In this document: in pieces, positions 51,100 through 64,000 of the stretch
Numbering within the stretch: position 1 is the stretch's first letter
How the letters are laid out: each line of letters opens with the position of its first letter
Assembly: GCA_964016885.1 (NCBI GenBank)
Contig: OZ024742.1
Span: 71,982,001 to 72,046,000 of the forward strand
Length of the DNA: 64,000 nt
Direction: 5' to 3'
From: Eledone cirrhosa
Taxonomy: Eukaryota
Made by a program: the position numbers and the translations under genes
Notes under the pieces: generated by a model
Database searches by the model: none
Seen by the model: the letters and a program-made list of their open reading frames with translations, nothing else
Told to the model about the DNA's origin: nothing

Positions 51100-53700
51100 T
51101 TAGGCATCAAATAGGTAGTTGTATGTAAGTAAGTAAGTACTAACAATAATTTATAACTTTGCCTATTAATCCGTATGGTGAGCAAATGGGGTCCCACGTG
51201 GTGGCATCCCCACAGCCCCAGCGGACAGGATGGAGAAGGCGTTTCTCCGGAGGATGGTAAGGGAGATGCGCTGGAAGAGCCATTCCAACTCGCGAGGCTG
51301 GCCAGCCCAGCACCTATAGTGGTGAATAGGGAGGTAGCCCTAGGGCCAAGGACACCAGAAGTCTCCACTGCCAAGAGCACGACCGTGAACCTGTCTGAGG
51401 CCAGGCTTCACTGGATGGCATCCCATACGCTTTGGGGGGACTTGACATCAGCAGGGGGAGAAGGAGGAGGGACGTCTACTGGGTTAAGTCCCAGCCTGTC
51501 CCACGGCTCACAGGCGACATCACGTTCCCTGAACACAGAGGGTTCTATTGTGTTTTGGAGAACCCTGCTGACGAGGACGCGGCATGAGGTTACCGACGAA
51601 AGAAACACTGGCAAAGCCAGCAAGATGGGGGACCGGAGGCCAAAGCCGCAATATCTGACAGGTAAAGTGGCCTGTTGCAACCAATGTCGTCAAACCTGAC
51701 GTTACATATCTCCTCAGCTGCCGCTCGGATACAAGTATCGAGGTTAGCGAGGAGAGATGCGTGGCTGTAGCACGGAGCGTTGCGAAGGGTGTAGAGAAGC
51801 TTCGGCATGGCGAAGCAGTTCTTCAACAGGAAGAGAGCTGGTCTGGAGTTGTTGGTGCCTAGACCTGATGGTGAAGCGGTTGGCCGGCGGGTGGATCGGT
51901 GACCCGAGGATGAGGACATCCTCTTTGGGGATCACCTGTACCTGGTGGAGAATGGACCGCACGTCCGAGACGGAAGTTGCAAAGCTCTCAGCATCATGAC
52001 TGACATTCACCACCTCCGACTTGGACGAGTTGACCTGGAAGCCGATTCCCGCCAGGTCAGGAACCACCGATTGAAGGTTATGGCAGACAGTCTCCACGGG
52101 CCCGCCCAGCGTAGCATCATCCAGGTACCAAACGTTGAGAGGGGCCGTGATACTCTAGGGAATGTGGTCTATACCAAGGGAATACAGGAGGGGGCCCAAA
52201 GGGTCGCCCTGTTGGACCCCAGTGGTCGAAGGTATGAGCGTATCAGCAGCAAGGAGCATGCTCGGGCCTCCATATGACAGGTAGGCCAGCAGGTAGGTCG
52301 AAGGGGCTCGGCTGAGGCAGGCATCAAGCAGATGGTCCTGGCGTATGAAGTTAAAGGCATTCCTCGTGTCAAGCTTGACAATGCCTGGAGTCCCTGAAGA
52401 ACTGCCTGGTTGCATGTGCGGCCCTCTTACAGCCACCGGACACGCCGACACCCAGTTGCACCGGACTGAACTCCTCACCTAATTCAGGTGTTATGGACCT
52501 GCAGACCACCTTAGCAGCCAGCCTCCGGAAGACGTTACCCACAGCGATGGGGCGTGTGCCACCCTCTTTCTTCCTGAGAGCGGTCAGGCTAGCCGGAAAA
52601 AAAGGCCTTGGGCGTGAAGATCCAGGGCGCCATGGATAAACCTATTGGTGAGTGCCACAACTGCACTCAGAAGGCGGCACCCGGCCTCAACGAAGAGGAG
52701 GGGTAGCAACTTCTTGAGGTCGCCTGGTCGGAGACCATCAGCACTTCCGCTGCTGCTAGCTGGGAAGGACTTGATGGCAGACAGAATGTCTGCGTCGGAA
52801 GCCACAAGGAGCAGGTGGGGATCGGGTGGGGGTAAGGGTCGGAGGTCAGCGGGTGGCTCAGGGTGCTTGAGTCGCAGGGAAGCCAGGACCTCCTCGGTGG
52901 GTTGGAGGACAGTGTCCTCTGAGGCAGCCACTCTGACTGCGGCTGAGACATCACCCATGATAAGTTTAGCGTTTACGCGGTCACGCAAACGCTTGGCGCT
53001 GGCCTCAGGGGTGGAGGATTGGAGGCACCCAAGAGCAGGGGTTGTGGCGTCCTTCGCTTGGAATGGGCGCTTGCCCAAAGGACGAAACATTGGCCTTGAC
53101 AAAGGCTGCTGTCGACAGGCCGCCTTGGTCAGCGCAGGAGCTGGGGAGGCCGAAGGTGAGTGGGGCGAAATAGAAGAGGCGCTCCCAGTCGCTGGCTCGA
53201 TTGGAGTCCAGAGCACTCTCGATCGAGGAAGCGAGGGCATCGGCTACCGGCACCCGGGCCGCTCTGAGGAACCTGAGCGGAAACTTCCGGAGCCTCCTGA
53301 GCCGAGCGATGTTGATCAACGAGGCTTGGGCATCAGGCAAGCTCGCTGTCTCATCTGGTGGAGTGCCAGACGGCTGTGGCTGGGCAGACGAAGGGAAGAG
53401 GCAGTTTCTGCATCTCCACGCTGCGAGGGCACTGGAAGCTCGACGCGTCAAGCCAACACAGGTGAGGTGGTGGAAGCAGCCGCACCCCAAACAGTTCCGG
53501 CCCCTCTTCCGTCTGTTCGTGGTGTTGCAAGTGCTGCAAATGTCGACTGGTGGGGATGGAGGATGGGGCGTGGAGCCGGGGACTGGTGCACCAAGCGGCA
53601 TCAGGGGTGAGTGGCTGGTTGTCACCAGCCTAGGCGCTAGGCACAACTGCATGTGGGTGGAAGGGAAAGTGTTGGTATGAGTGAGGTTCATAGCTCACCT
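51100..53700 (-). mobile_element. CRE-clade non-LTR retrotransposon with N-terminal PHD-like finger, frameshifted and internally deleted
   Basis: SGSADGLRP, KKEGGTRPIAVGNVFRRLAAK, QQGDPLGP, WYLDD, AVETSGVLGP, WLFQRISL; CSTC..CLGCGCFHHLTC..WRCRNC upstream. Confidence 0.85.
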
Positions 53701-54464
53701 ACATCAGATATGGAGGTGACAGAAGACAAGATAAAAGAGAAGGGGGTCATGGAGGGGGACACACACGAAAGTAGAAAGTTAGCAAATAAATAAATGAATG
53801 AATGAATGTACAAAAACAACGAGTTGTTCCCAGCGGAATGACCCAAAGGTTGTTATTGTCACTGATGCTGGAGTTGGCTTCCTCTTGTTAATGGCGGTGG
53901 TAGTGATTGCTGGTAAGATGTTGGTGTATACACATATATGTAGTTGTTGTTATTGTCACTGCCGCTAAGCATAGTTTATAATACTGAAATACTGAAAAAT
54001 GTATCAGCCCCGCCATATCCTCTCAGGATCACATTGCATAACGGCACTTAATAGATCCCCCAGGCAAATTTTGGTCGTGTCTCCCTATCATCCTTCCGGG
54101 ATTGACAAAATAAACTACCATTTTTGTTTAAACGCATATTGTAAACATTTATCTTTGAAATCTTTATCGTCTTTCCTGCTTTATGGATTTCATTAAATAT
54201 CTATATAATATCCTTCCATACCAGCTTCGTTTATTCTATCATTTGTCACACACTACTTTTAATATTATTTATTTTCATATTTTCCCCTACAAACAACCAA
54301 TGATATATGTATATATATATATATAATAAATGTAATATGAGTTTTTCGAATATTAATAATAACATTCGATTCGTTTGCAATTATGCAAACAAGCCTCAAT
54401 TTTATAGCCATGTCAGTAGAATGAACTCTTCATTCTTGCTCTTGTGTTGGCATGTGAACAGAAG

Positions 54465-54506
54465 TGCAGACACTAATGTTTCTGGGTATCATCCTTCATC
54501 AGTACA
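54465..54506 (-). ncRNA. Type I hammerhead ribozyme, family K (decayed twin at 56498-56538)
   Basis: tgta-CTGATGA-aggatgataccca-GAAACAT-ta-GTGTC-tgca; GUC triplet. Confidence 0.7.
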
Positions 54507-54769
54507 GCTCACTGTTCACCTGCCAAACTGTCAGAGCTAGTGAAAATATATGCTATTTTCAAAAGTACACATTGACTGATCGGCCTGATTTGCATATTAA
54601 CAGATCTGCTGATCAGTCAGATTTGCATATCAGCAGACTAGCCAGTCAGTTTCCTGTATACGAGCGATAAAGGGCCGGCTTTGCCAAATTCAAATAAAAA
54701 AGAAAACTTTTTTCGCTCTACATGGCTGAATACAATAAATGTAATCTGAGTTTTTCGAATATTAATAAC

Positions 54770-56378
54770 TAGCAGTTTAGCCCGGCGTTGCTCGGGTTTG
54801 TTCATTTGCTATGAAAAGTTACATACAGGTAAACGTGGTTTGAAAGCGAATAAGCTTATCAATTAAGTGCATAAAGCAGTTGAACCGGTTATTAAAAGTT
54901 ACGAACCAATTAGCATTTTGGTCAATCAATGATGGGTTAATAATCTTCCAATAGCGAATTTAGTAGACCGGGAATTGTGATCGCCGGAAATCGAACGGGA
55001 TATCTGACGCCGAGGGAAAAAGGTTCATCCTTGGAATGAAAACATTCTCCCCTCTTCCGCACCCCGTTACAATGGTGGCCTCAATCAAGTGGGTGTCAGT
55101 GACTTGACGACCATGCGAGTACCGTTGCACTGCTTTTGTGGACGCAAGTTTCTTATTAGCATAATGGGACAGCCAACCCTAAGCTTAATAATGTGAGGTG
55201 GGAGCCCTGGGGGCTCAAGGAGATTTAATAACTCAACCGGATAATTAACGATATCGTCGGGGTCTGATTTGAAGATGTGCTCTTTACCGGGAATCTTCTC
55301 AATCAGCTGCTCGTTAATAAAATTAACCATGGTATTTTTCGGAGCAAGGATGGCTCTTTCGCTGAGCCAATCGAGGTTTTTAAAGTTAGATGAGACATTA
55401 GAAAAAACTGCTTCCCAAAGGTCAGAAGGGCTGATCACAATGTTGCACAGGGTGTCGATTGCTATGCTGCCCTTGTCATCCGCAGGGATCTTGCCCTCAC
55501 TAAGTGCTAAAATGTTCTGTGCTGCAGACATGTTGTCATCATGCAAATGAGCACGCATATTTGTGCTCAGGTACAAACTATTCACCTGGAGCCACAACAT
55601 GGACGACTTAAGACAGGCACGCACTTCATCAGCTCTTGTCCCTTTGGGGATGACAGGCAGCGTTTTCCGAAAATCCCCTGATAGCAGAAGGGTTACGCCA
55701 CCCATAGGAGCCGTAGAATACCTAATGTCTTTCCGGGCCTTGTCCAATGCATCAAGGGCACCCTTGTGTGCCATTGTGCACTCATCCCAAACAATGAGGC
55801 AACATCTTTTGAGAACCATAGCTTTGTGTGAACTCTTGCTGATATTGCATGTTGGTGTCTCAGTTTTTACTAAATCCAAAGGGAGTTTAAAGGTTGAATG
55901 TGCTGTCCTGCCTCCCGGCAGCAAAGTAGCAGCGATCCCGGACGATGCAACGGACAACGCAACTTTTTTCTCCTGACGAATCTTAGCGAGAATCAAATTC
56001 GTTACAAAAGTTTTTCCGGTACCCCCAGGATCGTTTTTTATTGGGGGATCAGGGTTTTTTTTTTGACCTTGAGGTATAACCAGTCAGTAGTTCCTTCAAA
56101 GGCTCTGGCGGTTCCGTAAGAGGGGGCAAGGTGACCTTACCGTTTAAGCAGCACATTGCAGGTGGCTCCTCAGCCCACTTTGTAGCATTGCAGAATTGAT
56201 TGTTGAAATAAATCGATTTTTCCGTAATTGGGGCATTTTTTACCCAATAAGTTCGCCCATGACCCAAGTTAGAATATTTGTAAACATTCTGCTTAATTAT
56301 TCATTCAATATTTTTGGAATTGTGTAAATGTATAAAATTGAAACATACATACAGACACAAAAATCTGCCTTTTATAGA
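54770..56378 (-). mobile_element. Internally deleted Helitron with PIF1-type helicase remnant
   Basis: 5' TCTATAAAGG, 3' ...gccgggctaaactgCTAG, A|T target; PGGTGKT, ASSGIAATLLPGGRTAHSTF, WDECTM, GDFRKTLPV. Confidence 0.88.
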
Positions 56379-57021
56379 TAATGATGATGATGATAACATT
56401 CGATTCGTTTGTAATTATGCAAACAAGCCTCAATTTTATAGCCAGGTCAGTAGAATGAACTCTTCATTCTTGCTCTTGTGTTGGCATGTGAACAGAACTG
56501 CAGACACTAATGTTTCTAGGTATCACCCTTCATCATACAGCTCACTGTTCACCTGCCAAACTGTCAGAGCTAGTGAAAATATATGCTATTTTCAAAAATA
56601 CAGTGACTGATCGGCTGATTTGCATATTAGCAGACTGGCTGATCAGTCAGATCTGCATATTAGCAGATCCACTGGTCAGCCAGACTTGCATATCATCAGA
56701 CTGGCCAGTCAGTTTCCTGTATACGAGCGATAAATGGCTGGCTATAAAATTGAGGCTTGTTTGCATAATTGCAAACGAATCGAATGTTATTATTAATATT
56801 CGAAAAACTCAGATTACATTTATTGTATTCATCCATGTAGAGCGAAAAAAGTTTTCTTTTTTATATATATACTAGCAGAATGGCCCGGCGTTGCTCGGGA
56901 TTTGCTCTAGGGTTCTTATATATTTGATATATATTTATCCTTATCGAGCCTCGTGAAATAAATACGTTTGTTCATATTTTGTTATTGTGTATGCAAAAAT
57001 ATCTGTACACGAATATATAAT

Positions 57022-57059
<38 letters not shown>

Positions 57060-57061
57060 CC

Positions 57062-57272
57062 TAAGATGATGTGGTTGAGAGGAAGAGCAAAGCCTGGGCG
57101 GCTTGCCACAGCTTAAGATCGGTGTGGAAGTCGGACCTTCGTAGAGACCTGAAAGTCCGCCTCTTCATTGCTGTAGTGGAGTCTGTGCTGCTGTATGGGT
57201 CTAGGACTTGGAGACTGACCAAGAAACTCACTCAGATGGTGGATGGGTGTTACACGAGAATGTTGAGGAAAT
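57062..57272 (+). mobile_element. RTE-type LINE C-terminal fragment
   Basis: KAWAACHSLRSVWKS..VESVLLYGSRTW..DGCYTRMLR. Confidence 0.7.
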
Positions 57273-60200
57273 TGGCTTGAAAGCGAATAAGCTTATCAAT
57301 TAAGTGCATAAAGCAGTTGAACCGGTTATTAAAAGTTACGAACCAATTAGCATTTTGGACAATCAATGATGGATTAATAATCTTCTAATAGCGAATTTAG
57401 TAGACCAAAGCTGCAAGATGGTGGCCCTGATGCCGCTGGGTGTCAGATCTGTCCGCCATGGGCGACCCTACCAGTTTTCCAGACGGCATAGCTCCAACAC
57501 CTCCAACACCTGCACCAACATCTATAGCACCTCTTTGTAGACGATATTGCGCGTCATCCCTTGATGAGTGTAAGCAAAAAGTCCATTCCTGCTCCCTACG
57601 CGGGAACAGGCAACATAAAGTTGGCCATGGGAGAAGCATGGCTACCCCAAATGGATGCCCGCCACCGACAGTGTTTGCCCTTGTGACTTGTTAATGGACA
57701 TGGCAAAACATGGTCTCGCCGGAAATCGAACGGGATATCTGACGCCGAGGGGAAAAGGTTTATCTCTGGAATGAAAACATTCTCCCATCTCCCGCACCCC
57801 GTTACAATGGTGGCCTCAATCAAGTGGGGCGTCAGTGACTTGACAACCATGCGAGTACAGTTACACTGCTTTGGTGGACGCAAGTTCCTTATTAGCATAA
57901 TGGGACAGCCAACCCTAAGCTTAAGAATGTGAGGTGGGAGCCCTGGGGGCTCAAGGGAATTTAATAACTCAACCGGATAATTAACGATATTGTCGGGGTC
58001 TGACGTCCGGTCGATAGATTTGAAGATGTGCTCTTTACCGGGAATCTTCTCAATCAGCTGCTCGTTAATAAAATTAACCAAGGTATTTTTCGGAGCAAGG
58101 ATGGCTCTTTCGCTGAGCCAAACGAGGTTTTTAAAGTTAGATGAGACATTAGGAAAAACTGCTTCCTAAAGGTCAGAAGGGCTGCTCACAACGTTGCACA
58201 GGAAGTCGATTGCTATGCCGCCCTTGTCATCCGCAGGGACCTTTCCCTCACCAAGTGCTAAAATGTTCTGAGAAAATGCTGCAGACGTTGTCACCATGCA
58301 AATGAGCACGCATATTTGTGCTCAGGTACAAACTCTTCACCTGGAGCCACAACATGGATGACTTAAGGCAGGCACGCACTTGTCTGTTTGGGGATGACAG
58401 GCAGTGTTTGCCAAAAATCCCCTGATAGCAGAAGGGTTACGCCACCCATAGGAGCCGTAGAATCCCTAATGTCTTTCAGGGTCCTGTCCAATGCCTCATG
58501 GGCACCCTTGTGTGCCATTGTGCACTCATCCCAAACAACGAGGCAACATTTTTTGAGAACCAGAGCTTCGTGTGAACTCTTGCTGATATTGCATGTTGGT
58601 GTCTCAGTTTTTACTAAATCCAAGGGGAGTTTAAAGGTTGAATGTGCTGTCCTGCCTCCCGGCAGCAAAGTAGTAGCGATCCCGGACGATGCAACAGCCA
58701 ACGCAATTTTTTCTCCTGACGAATCTTAGTGAGAATCAATTTCGTTACAAAAGTTTTTCCGGTACCCCCAGGAGCATCGAGAAAGTAAATACCCCAATCT
58801 GATTTTGAACCGCGTCAATGATAGTTAAATAGGCCAACCTTTGCTCCGACAGAAGTTTCGGCTCATTTTCCTCTAAGTATTGGGAAAGAGATTCGATGTC
58901 ATATGCTGTTTCCCGCAACACATCCGGGGCCAACGTGTTAGCTTCCTCTCTGACGGCTGACGGCAAGCCATGTCGCCAACTCACTCTCACGCATGTCGAG
59001 GAGGGCGTCCTCGATATCAATGAGTGCCCTGTTGTGGATAATGTCGCTGTAACCAACTTCCACTGAAATATACTGCAGATGAGCCAGGCGCAAGAAGTCC
59101 TCAGACATGAAGTCTCTGTCATTGACCCATAAAGATTTGAGATCACCCAATTCACTCTTTTGAAGCAAAATGGCAAAGAGTTCCCGTAGACCTTTAGGTG
59201 ATTTCAACAAAGTGGAATCCCATTGCGAATCATCTTCCAAAAGACCACGCTTAAAGCAGGCTTCCAAGTACGTATCACATATTTCTCCATCAATAGTTTT
59301 GAGGTCATGAAAACTTTGTGGGCCTACAACTTCTTGCAGAAGAAGGCAGAGATGAAAGTACTCATGCTGACTTGGGGGCACAGTGTAAACCATTCCAAGA
59401 CAGCTGTCAAATTTTACACCAGGATGTCTTTCAACAGCCTGACCTGACTTTCTTCGCACCCAAGTGTTTTTCGACCATATAAAGTAGGATGGAACCTGGG
59501 GGTACACAATTGTTTGCGCAAATGTATCGAACTGACAAAGTTTGAAGAAACCCGTCAGAGTGGTCTCTTTCGGATAGGCGGCGGTTTGTTCCGTAAATAA
59601 ACCCTTTGCCCATTTTCAAAATGTACCGCAAGCTGTTCGATGGTGGGGTGCCGTTGGTGTAGGGGTAAACCAAATAGACGCCAAAAGGCTTCATTGCTAC
59701 TGATGTACCGCCCCGCCAGGTATTCTGTGACCTCGTCCCTGCTATTTTCAGCTTGAAATGCGAACATTGTGGCATCAGAGTCCTTATTTACATATTTGCA
59801 TATGTATTTTATCAACTTGACGGAGTTGCAAAACTCAACGTTGATGTGGGCGTTGAACATCTTCAAGAGAAGCGGGCAGTAAGGGACCACCCATCTATTG
59901 TCGACTTGACCTCTCTTTACTGTTGTGGTGAAGCCACCGTTCTCGGGCCGTCTCCGCCTGTACAGGGGGTACCCGTCGCCACCAGTCTGAGTCTGGCCAA
60001 CAAATATTTTTGGGTATCCCTTACTGCACGACCCCCCTTTCAGACACGTGTGATGCTCATTAGGACCCGACGCACATGGACCATGTTAGCTTTGACGATG
60101 TCATGTAATTCCTGGTCAGTTGCTGGGTTAGGGATTTCAGCCGAAATGAAGCTGTCTATGGCATTTGAATTGATTTTATTAGCTAACCAAATCAAAATGT

Positions 60201-60723
60201 GAGCATGTGGCAGCCCTCGTTTTTGCCATTCGACGGTAAACATGTCACACTTTACAGCCTCAAATACCTGACCCTTTTTTATTAAAGCCATCAGTGTAGC
60301 CAGTTTCAGTCTGAACACTTTGGCAATGAGGTCATGTCTGTTCGAATAATTTTGCCCAGGAAAAAGTTCACGGGTTACATTCCGATTCAGTTATATGAAG
60401 TGTTATTTTGCGGGTTGTTATTTGCAATAAGTCAATTGAAAATGCCCCAGATAAGCCGTATGTCAATACGGAACGCTCAATACGGAATGCTCCACTGCAG
60501 TGTTGTCATATAGGGAGTGAAGAGCGACAGAGAGAGTAAAGCAGTTAAATTATAAAGAGGGGGAATGATCCTGATCGATTTTTGCCCTTATTGTTGATGG
60601 ATTTGAAACTTTTTGCTTCATGACCTTCTCCTGACCAAAAGCAATAATTGTCCCGACTTTGAATAGAATCCGTTGGAAATTGTGGACGTGCATACGTTAC
60701 AAACCTTAACACACACATCCTCA

Positions 60724-60740
<17 letters not shown>
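57273..60740 (-). mobile_element. Decayed autonomous-type Helitron (Rep/Hel)
   Basis: HUH Rep motif VEWQKRGLPHAHILIW, HINVE..KYICKYVNK, APGGTGKT, FSHGQLYVACSRV, C-terminal TRNIVYKEVL*; many frameshifts. Confidence 0.92.
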
Positions 60741-60761
<21 letters not shown>

Positions 60762-60881
60762 TATATCTATATATATATATATATAGTGGTAGAACACTGG
60801 AAGATAATATCCGTAGTGGTAGAGCACTCAGTCCATGGGACGAGTTAGGTAGAAGTGGTTACACAACAGTTAGTTCACCAT

Positions 60882-60969
60882 ACCGAGAACAATTGTTTCA
60901 CCTTAGCGGATCCTCAGCTCGTAATCTTACGAGTTGAGGATCCGCTAAGGTGAAACAATTGTTCTCGGT
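60882..60969. ncRNA. 88-bp palindrome with two back-to-back hammerheads, family G
   Basis: Minus: cgag-CTGAGGA-tccgctaaggt-GAAAC-AATT-GTT-ctcg; the plus copy differs only by C3->T. Confidence 0.8.
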
Positions 60970-61343
60970 GTTCCCTTTGCAGGTCCTTATACACCGGACA
61001 AACTGGACGCGGTTTGACGGACCTTTTGCTGATTATTTGAGGGACATACGACTCAGTTTGGATACTCTCTACATGTCTCAGTCCTGGGTGTCCTTTTACA
61101 TCACGGATCACAGGCCTCGCGCACCAGGCCTGAACATAGTGTGATTTACCGCCTTTGGTCCTGTTTCCCTCATGGACTCAACTCTCCTCCCCAATTTCGT
61201 TAATACCCCGTCCGTTATCACACACGCCCTTGTACATTCACCCCTAGATTCCTATGGCTCTCTTATGGTCAGAAACATATACTCTTATAGCTAATACAGA
61301 CCAACAAAATACGCACACTCCACTTTTCCCTTCACAGCTCTGT

Positions 61344-61427
<84 letters not shown>

Positions 61428-61691
61428 ACTTACATATATACACACATATCCTCTTAGTTTCGTACGCGCGTGCACACACGTATAGCTTTTTATACAAGAC
61501 GGTCTCTTTTTTCCATTTCAGGTAGACGCGCTCCATCATCACTTTTCTAAAAAAATATATCATACACAAAACGCCAGCATCAACAGTTTTCCAAGAGATG
61601 GCAACATGAATGGACCTGTTATTTTTCTCTAAAAACATTTTTTTCCAATTCCACCCTGCCCATCCCTTCAATCTTTCTAATTTCTCATTCT

Positions 61692-61730
61692 TTCTTCTGA
61701 TGAAGGACTGGCGTCCTAAACGTTAAAACC
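61692..61730 (+). ncRNA. Decayed hammerhead, family J
   Basis: CTGATGA-a-ggac/tggc/gtcc-TAAACGTT (G12 replaced by T). Confidence 0.45.
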
Positions 61731-61809
61731 CTCTTCCTGCTATATCAAGCGTTAACCTAATATATTCCTTCCACATACTGTTCCGATTGTGTTGTTATTT
61801 CTGTTTACC

Positions 61810-61927
<118 letters not shown>

Positions 61928-62213
61928 ATACTTTGGGAGGGTCATGTTGCCAATAAGAAACACACGCACCAGTTGCTTTCACTTCAATGTATTATATATT
62001 TACAAATTTATAAATTTACAAATTTACAAACTTATAAATTTCTGGTTGGTTGGTTGGTTGGTTCCACAACCAGATAGTTGTTTATATATAGTCATAGTCC
62101 TTTCGTCACACACTCTGTGACCTCTTCAGTGACTGGGGATTCCTTTCTTCGTTTCTGTGCCTTTCCTTTCTTCTATCCTACGCCATTTTGTTTCTGTGTG
62201 TGTGTTGTGTGCT

Positions 62214-64000
62214 CAGTATAGCAAGAAGCATAATAGAATCGAGGCCCAGCAACTGGGAGAAGAATCTGCAAATGGCTTGCGTAAGCTCATGCAGCGCTCG
62301 CGTAATGGAGAGATAGCATGTTTTCCAACAGACAAGTCTGGCAGAATGTCGGTTGACAGCCTGCCAAACTACATCCAGGCAATGCAACCCCACATCACTA
62401 ACACAAGAGAGGTAACACCACAGGAGCATGAGGATAGAGAAAAAGCCCTCAATGCCCATATGGTGATGTGGACGAATATAATGCAGCCCAACAAAAGGAC
62501 TGCCAACAACTTCCAGGCCTGGAACAATGACGTGCCGGCGTTGTATGGGCTTCGAAAAGACCATAAGACGGGCTGGGACCCTGTCGCGGGACTACCAACA
62601 CGGCCAGTCTGTGGGGCTAACATTGCTAGTAACTACAGACTGTCCTACTTCCTCTCCCTGATCATATGCCCCATCATTGAGATGTCCCCAGATGTGTGTG
62701 ACAGCACGGAGGACCTCCTCAGCAGAATCGGCGCGGGTAACCGATCTGGGGACCTAACAAACTGCATAATAGGCAGTATGGATGTTGTGTCCCTGTATCC
62801 ATCTATTGACGTGGATTTTGCTGTGGAGAAATGCGTAGAAATGATCAGCGAGAGCAAGGTTGAGTTCCGTGGGATTGATACCAGTGAGCTGGGACTTCTA
62901 CTTAAGCTTACCCATAGTAATAGTTACCTAGACACTTATGACCTTAGCAACCTGTGCCCTACAAGACCAGCAAGAGGCAGACCACCTACCATTACCTCAA
63001 TGGCCAAGAAAACCCACACAGATAGATGGAACGGGTGGACCAGAGCCATACGGACACCCGAAAACCACGATGAACTGAAGAAAATGATTGCACATGCGGT
63101 AGGGGCCAGCATAAAATTAACCCTTAAGGAACATATGTTCAAATTTAATGGTAAAACATATGCCCAAGAGGAAGGAGCAGCCATTGGTGTTAGCATTGCA
63201 GGCGACATAGCTAACTTATTCATGGTATGGTGGGACAGTAGACTTAAACAAAAACTTAATGAACAATTAGAAGACAGCTTAACCCTGATAATGTACTCCC
63301 GCTACGTAGATGATATAAACATCGTAGTTAAGACACCCCCACTAAAGAACAGTCAGGAACTAGAGAAAAACACAATGGAAAGCATCCAGCAAATAGCAAA
63401 CTCCATCCACCAGAGCATTAGAGTTACTATAGACTACCCAAGTAGACACCCCAACCATCGATTACCTGTACTAGACACAGAGCTCTGGTTAGATACCATT
63501 AACAACCAAAAACAAATCCTCCATTCCCATTATGCCAAACCCATGACTTCCAAACATCTGATCCACCGAAACTCGGCCATTTCGGACCATACCAAAATCA
63601 ACATACTGATTGCGGATTTGGTACGGGTGATGAGAAATGTGTCCCGCATGTGCAACCCCGAAGAACTAGAGAGACACATACAACACTTCATCCACCGTAT
63701 GCAGTTCTCTGGCTACAATCAGAGAGATAGAATCAGAGTGTATAAAGGAGCCAGAACCAAATGGGAAAAAATGGTAAATAATGACATAAATGGGACCTGC
63801 CCCTTGTATAGGAGCAAATTTTGGAATAGAATAGAAAGAACTAGGAACAAGGCCAATAGAATAAACTCATGGTATGATAGCAATAAATACCAGAGTGTAA
63901 TGTTCATCAATACAACCCCTAGAGGCGAACTAGCCTACAAATTTAGAAGGGCCCTAAATAAACATAATCTCAATATTAAGATAGTAGAAAGACCTGGTAC
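62214..64000 (+). CDS. Uninterrupted PLE reverse-transcriptase ORF (runs off the window end; absent from the ORF track)
   Basis: Hand translation gives ~570 codons from ATG 62289 with no stop: TDKSG, LYGLRKDHK, RPVCG, DVVSLYPSI, QEEGAAIG, RYVDD, PVLD, HYAKPM, KIVERPG. Confidence 0.9.

Larger units (their letters stand above)
54325..56865. mobile_element. Non-coding pLTR-like element in tandem plus inverted arrangement, interrupted by a Helitron
   Basis: 54355-54675 repeats at 56392-56735; 56738-56862 is inverted to 54695-54769 plus 56395-56443. Confidence 0.75.

Noticed and set aside
52645-53610. 321-aa plus-strand ORF
   Set aside because: Antisense shadow of the GC-rich CRE ORF.
55085-55996. 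Host PIF1 helicase gene
   Set aside because: Lies within Helitron termini, is truncated, and duplicates the decayed Helitron at 57.3-60.7 kb.

Overview
AT-rich, repeat-dense eukaryotic genomic DNA, most consistent with an octopus/coleoid cephalopod (inferred from the tandem C2H2 zinc-finger gene style, tRNA/CORE-type SINEs, RTE LINEs and long (TA)n runs; not verified by search). The only host gene is a 17-finger C2H2 ZNF coding exon (17175-18743, +). The rest is mobile DNA: three RTE LINEs with an internal PHD-like module, two CRE-type non-LTR elements, decayed Helitrons, Tc1/mariner remnants, MITEs, SINEs, minisatellites and Penelope-like elements (PLEs). One PLE RT ORF is uninterrupted and runs off the right end; the ORF track missed it. 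The most striking hidden layer is about 25 type I hammerhead-ribozyme (HHR) motifs from about 11 sequence families, folded by eye. They include canonical copies, two palindromic back-to-back pairs, and recurrent core variants (a 7-copy U4A/CUU family, U3-A8, CCGUCGA with a long stem II), some fused to Helitron ends. All structures and boundaries were read manually and are approximate.
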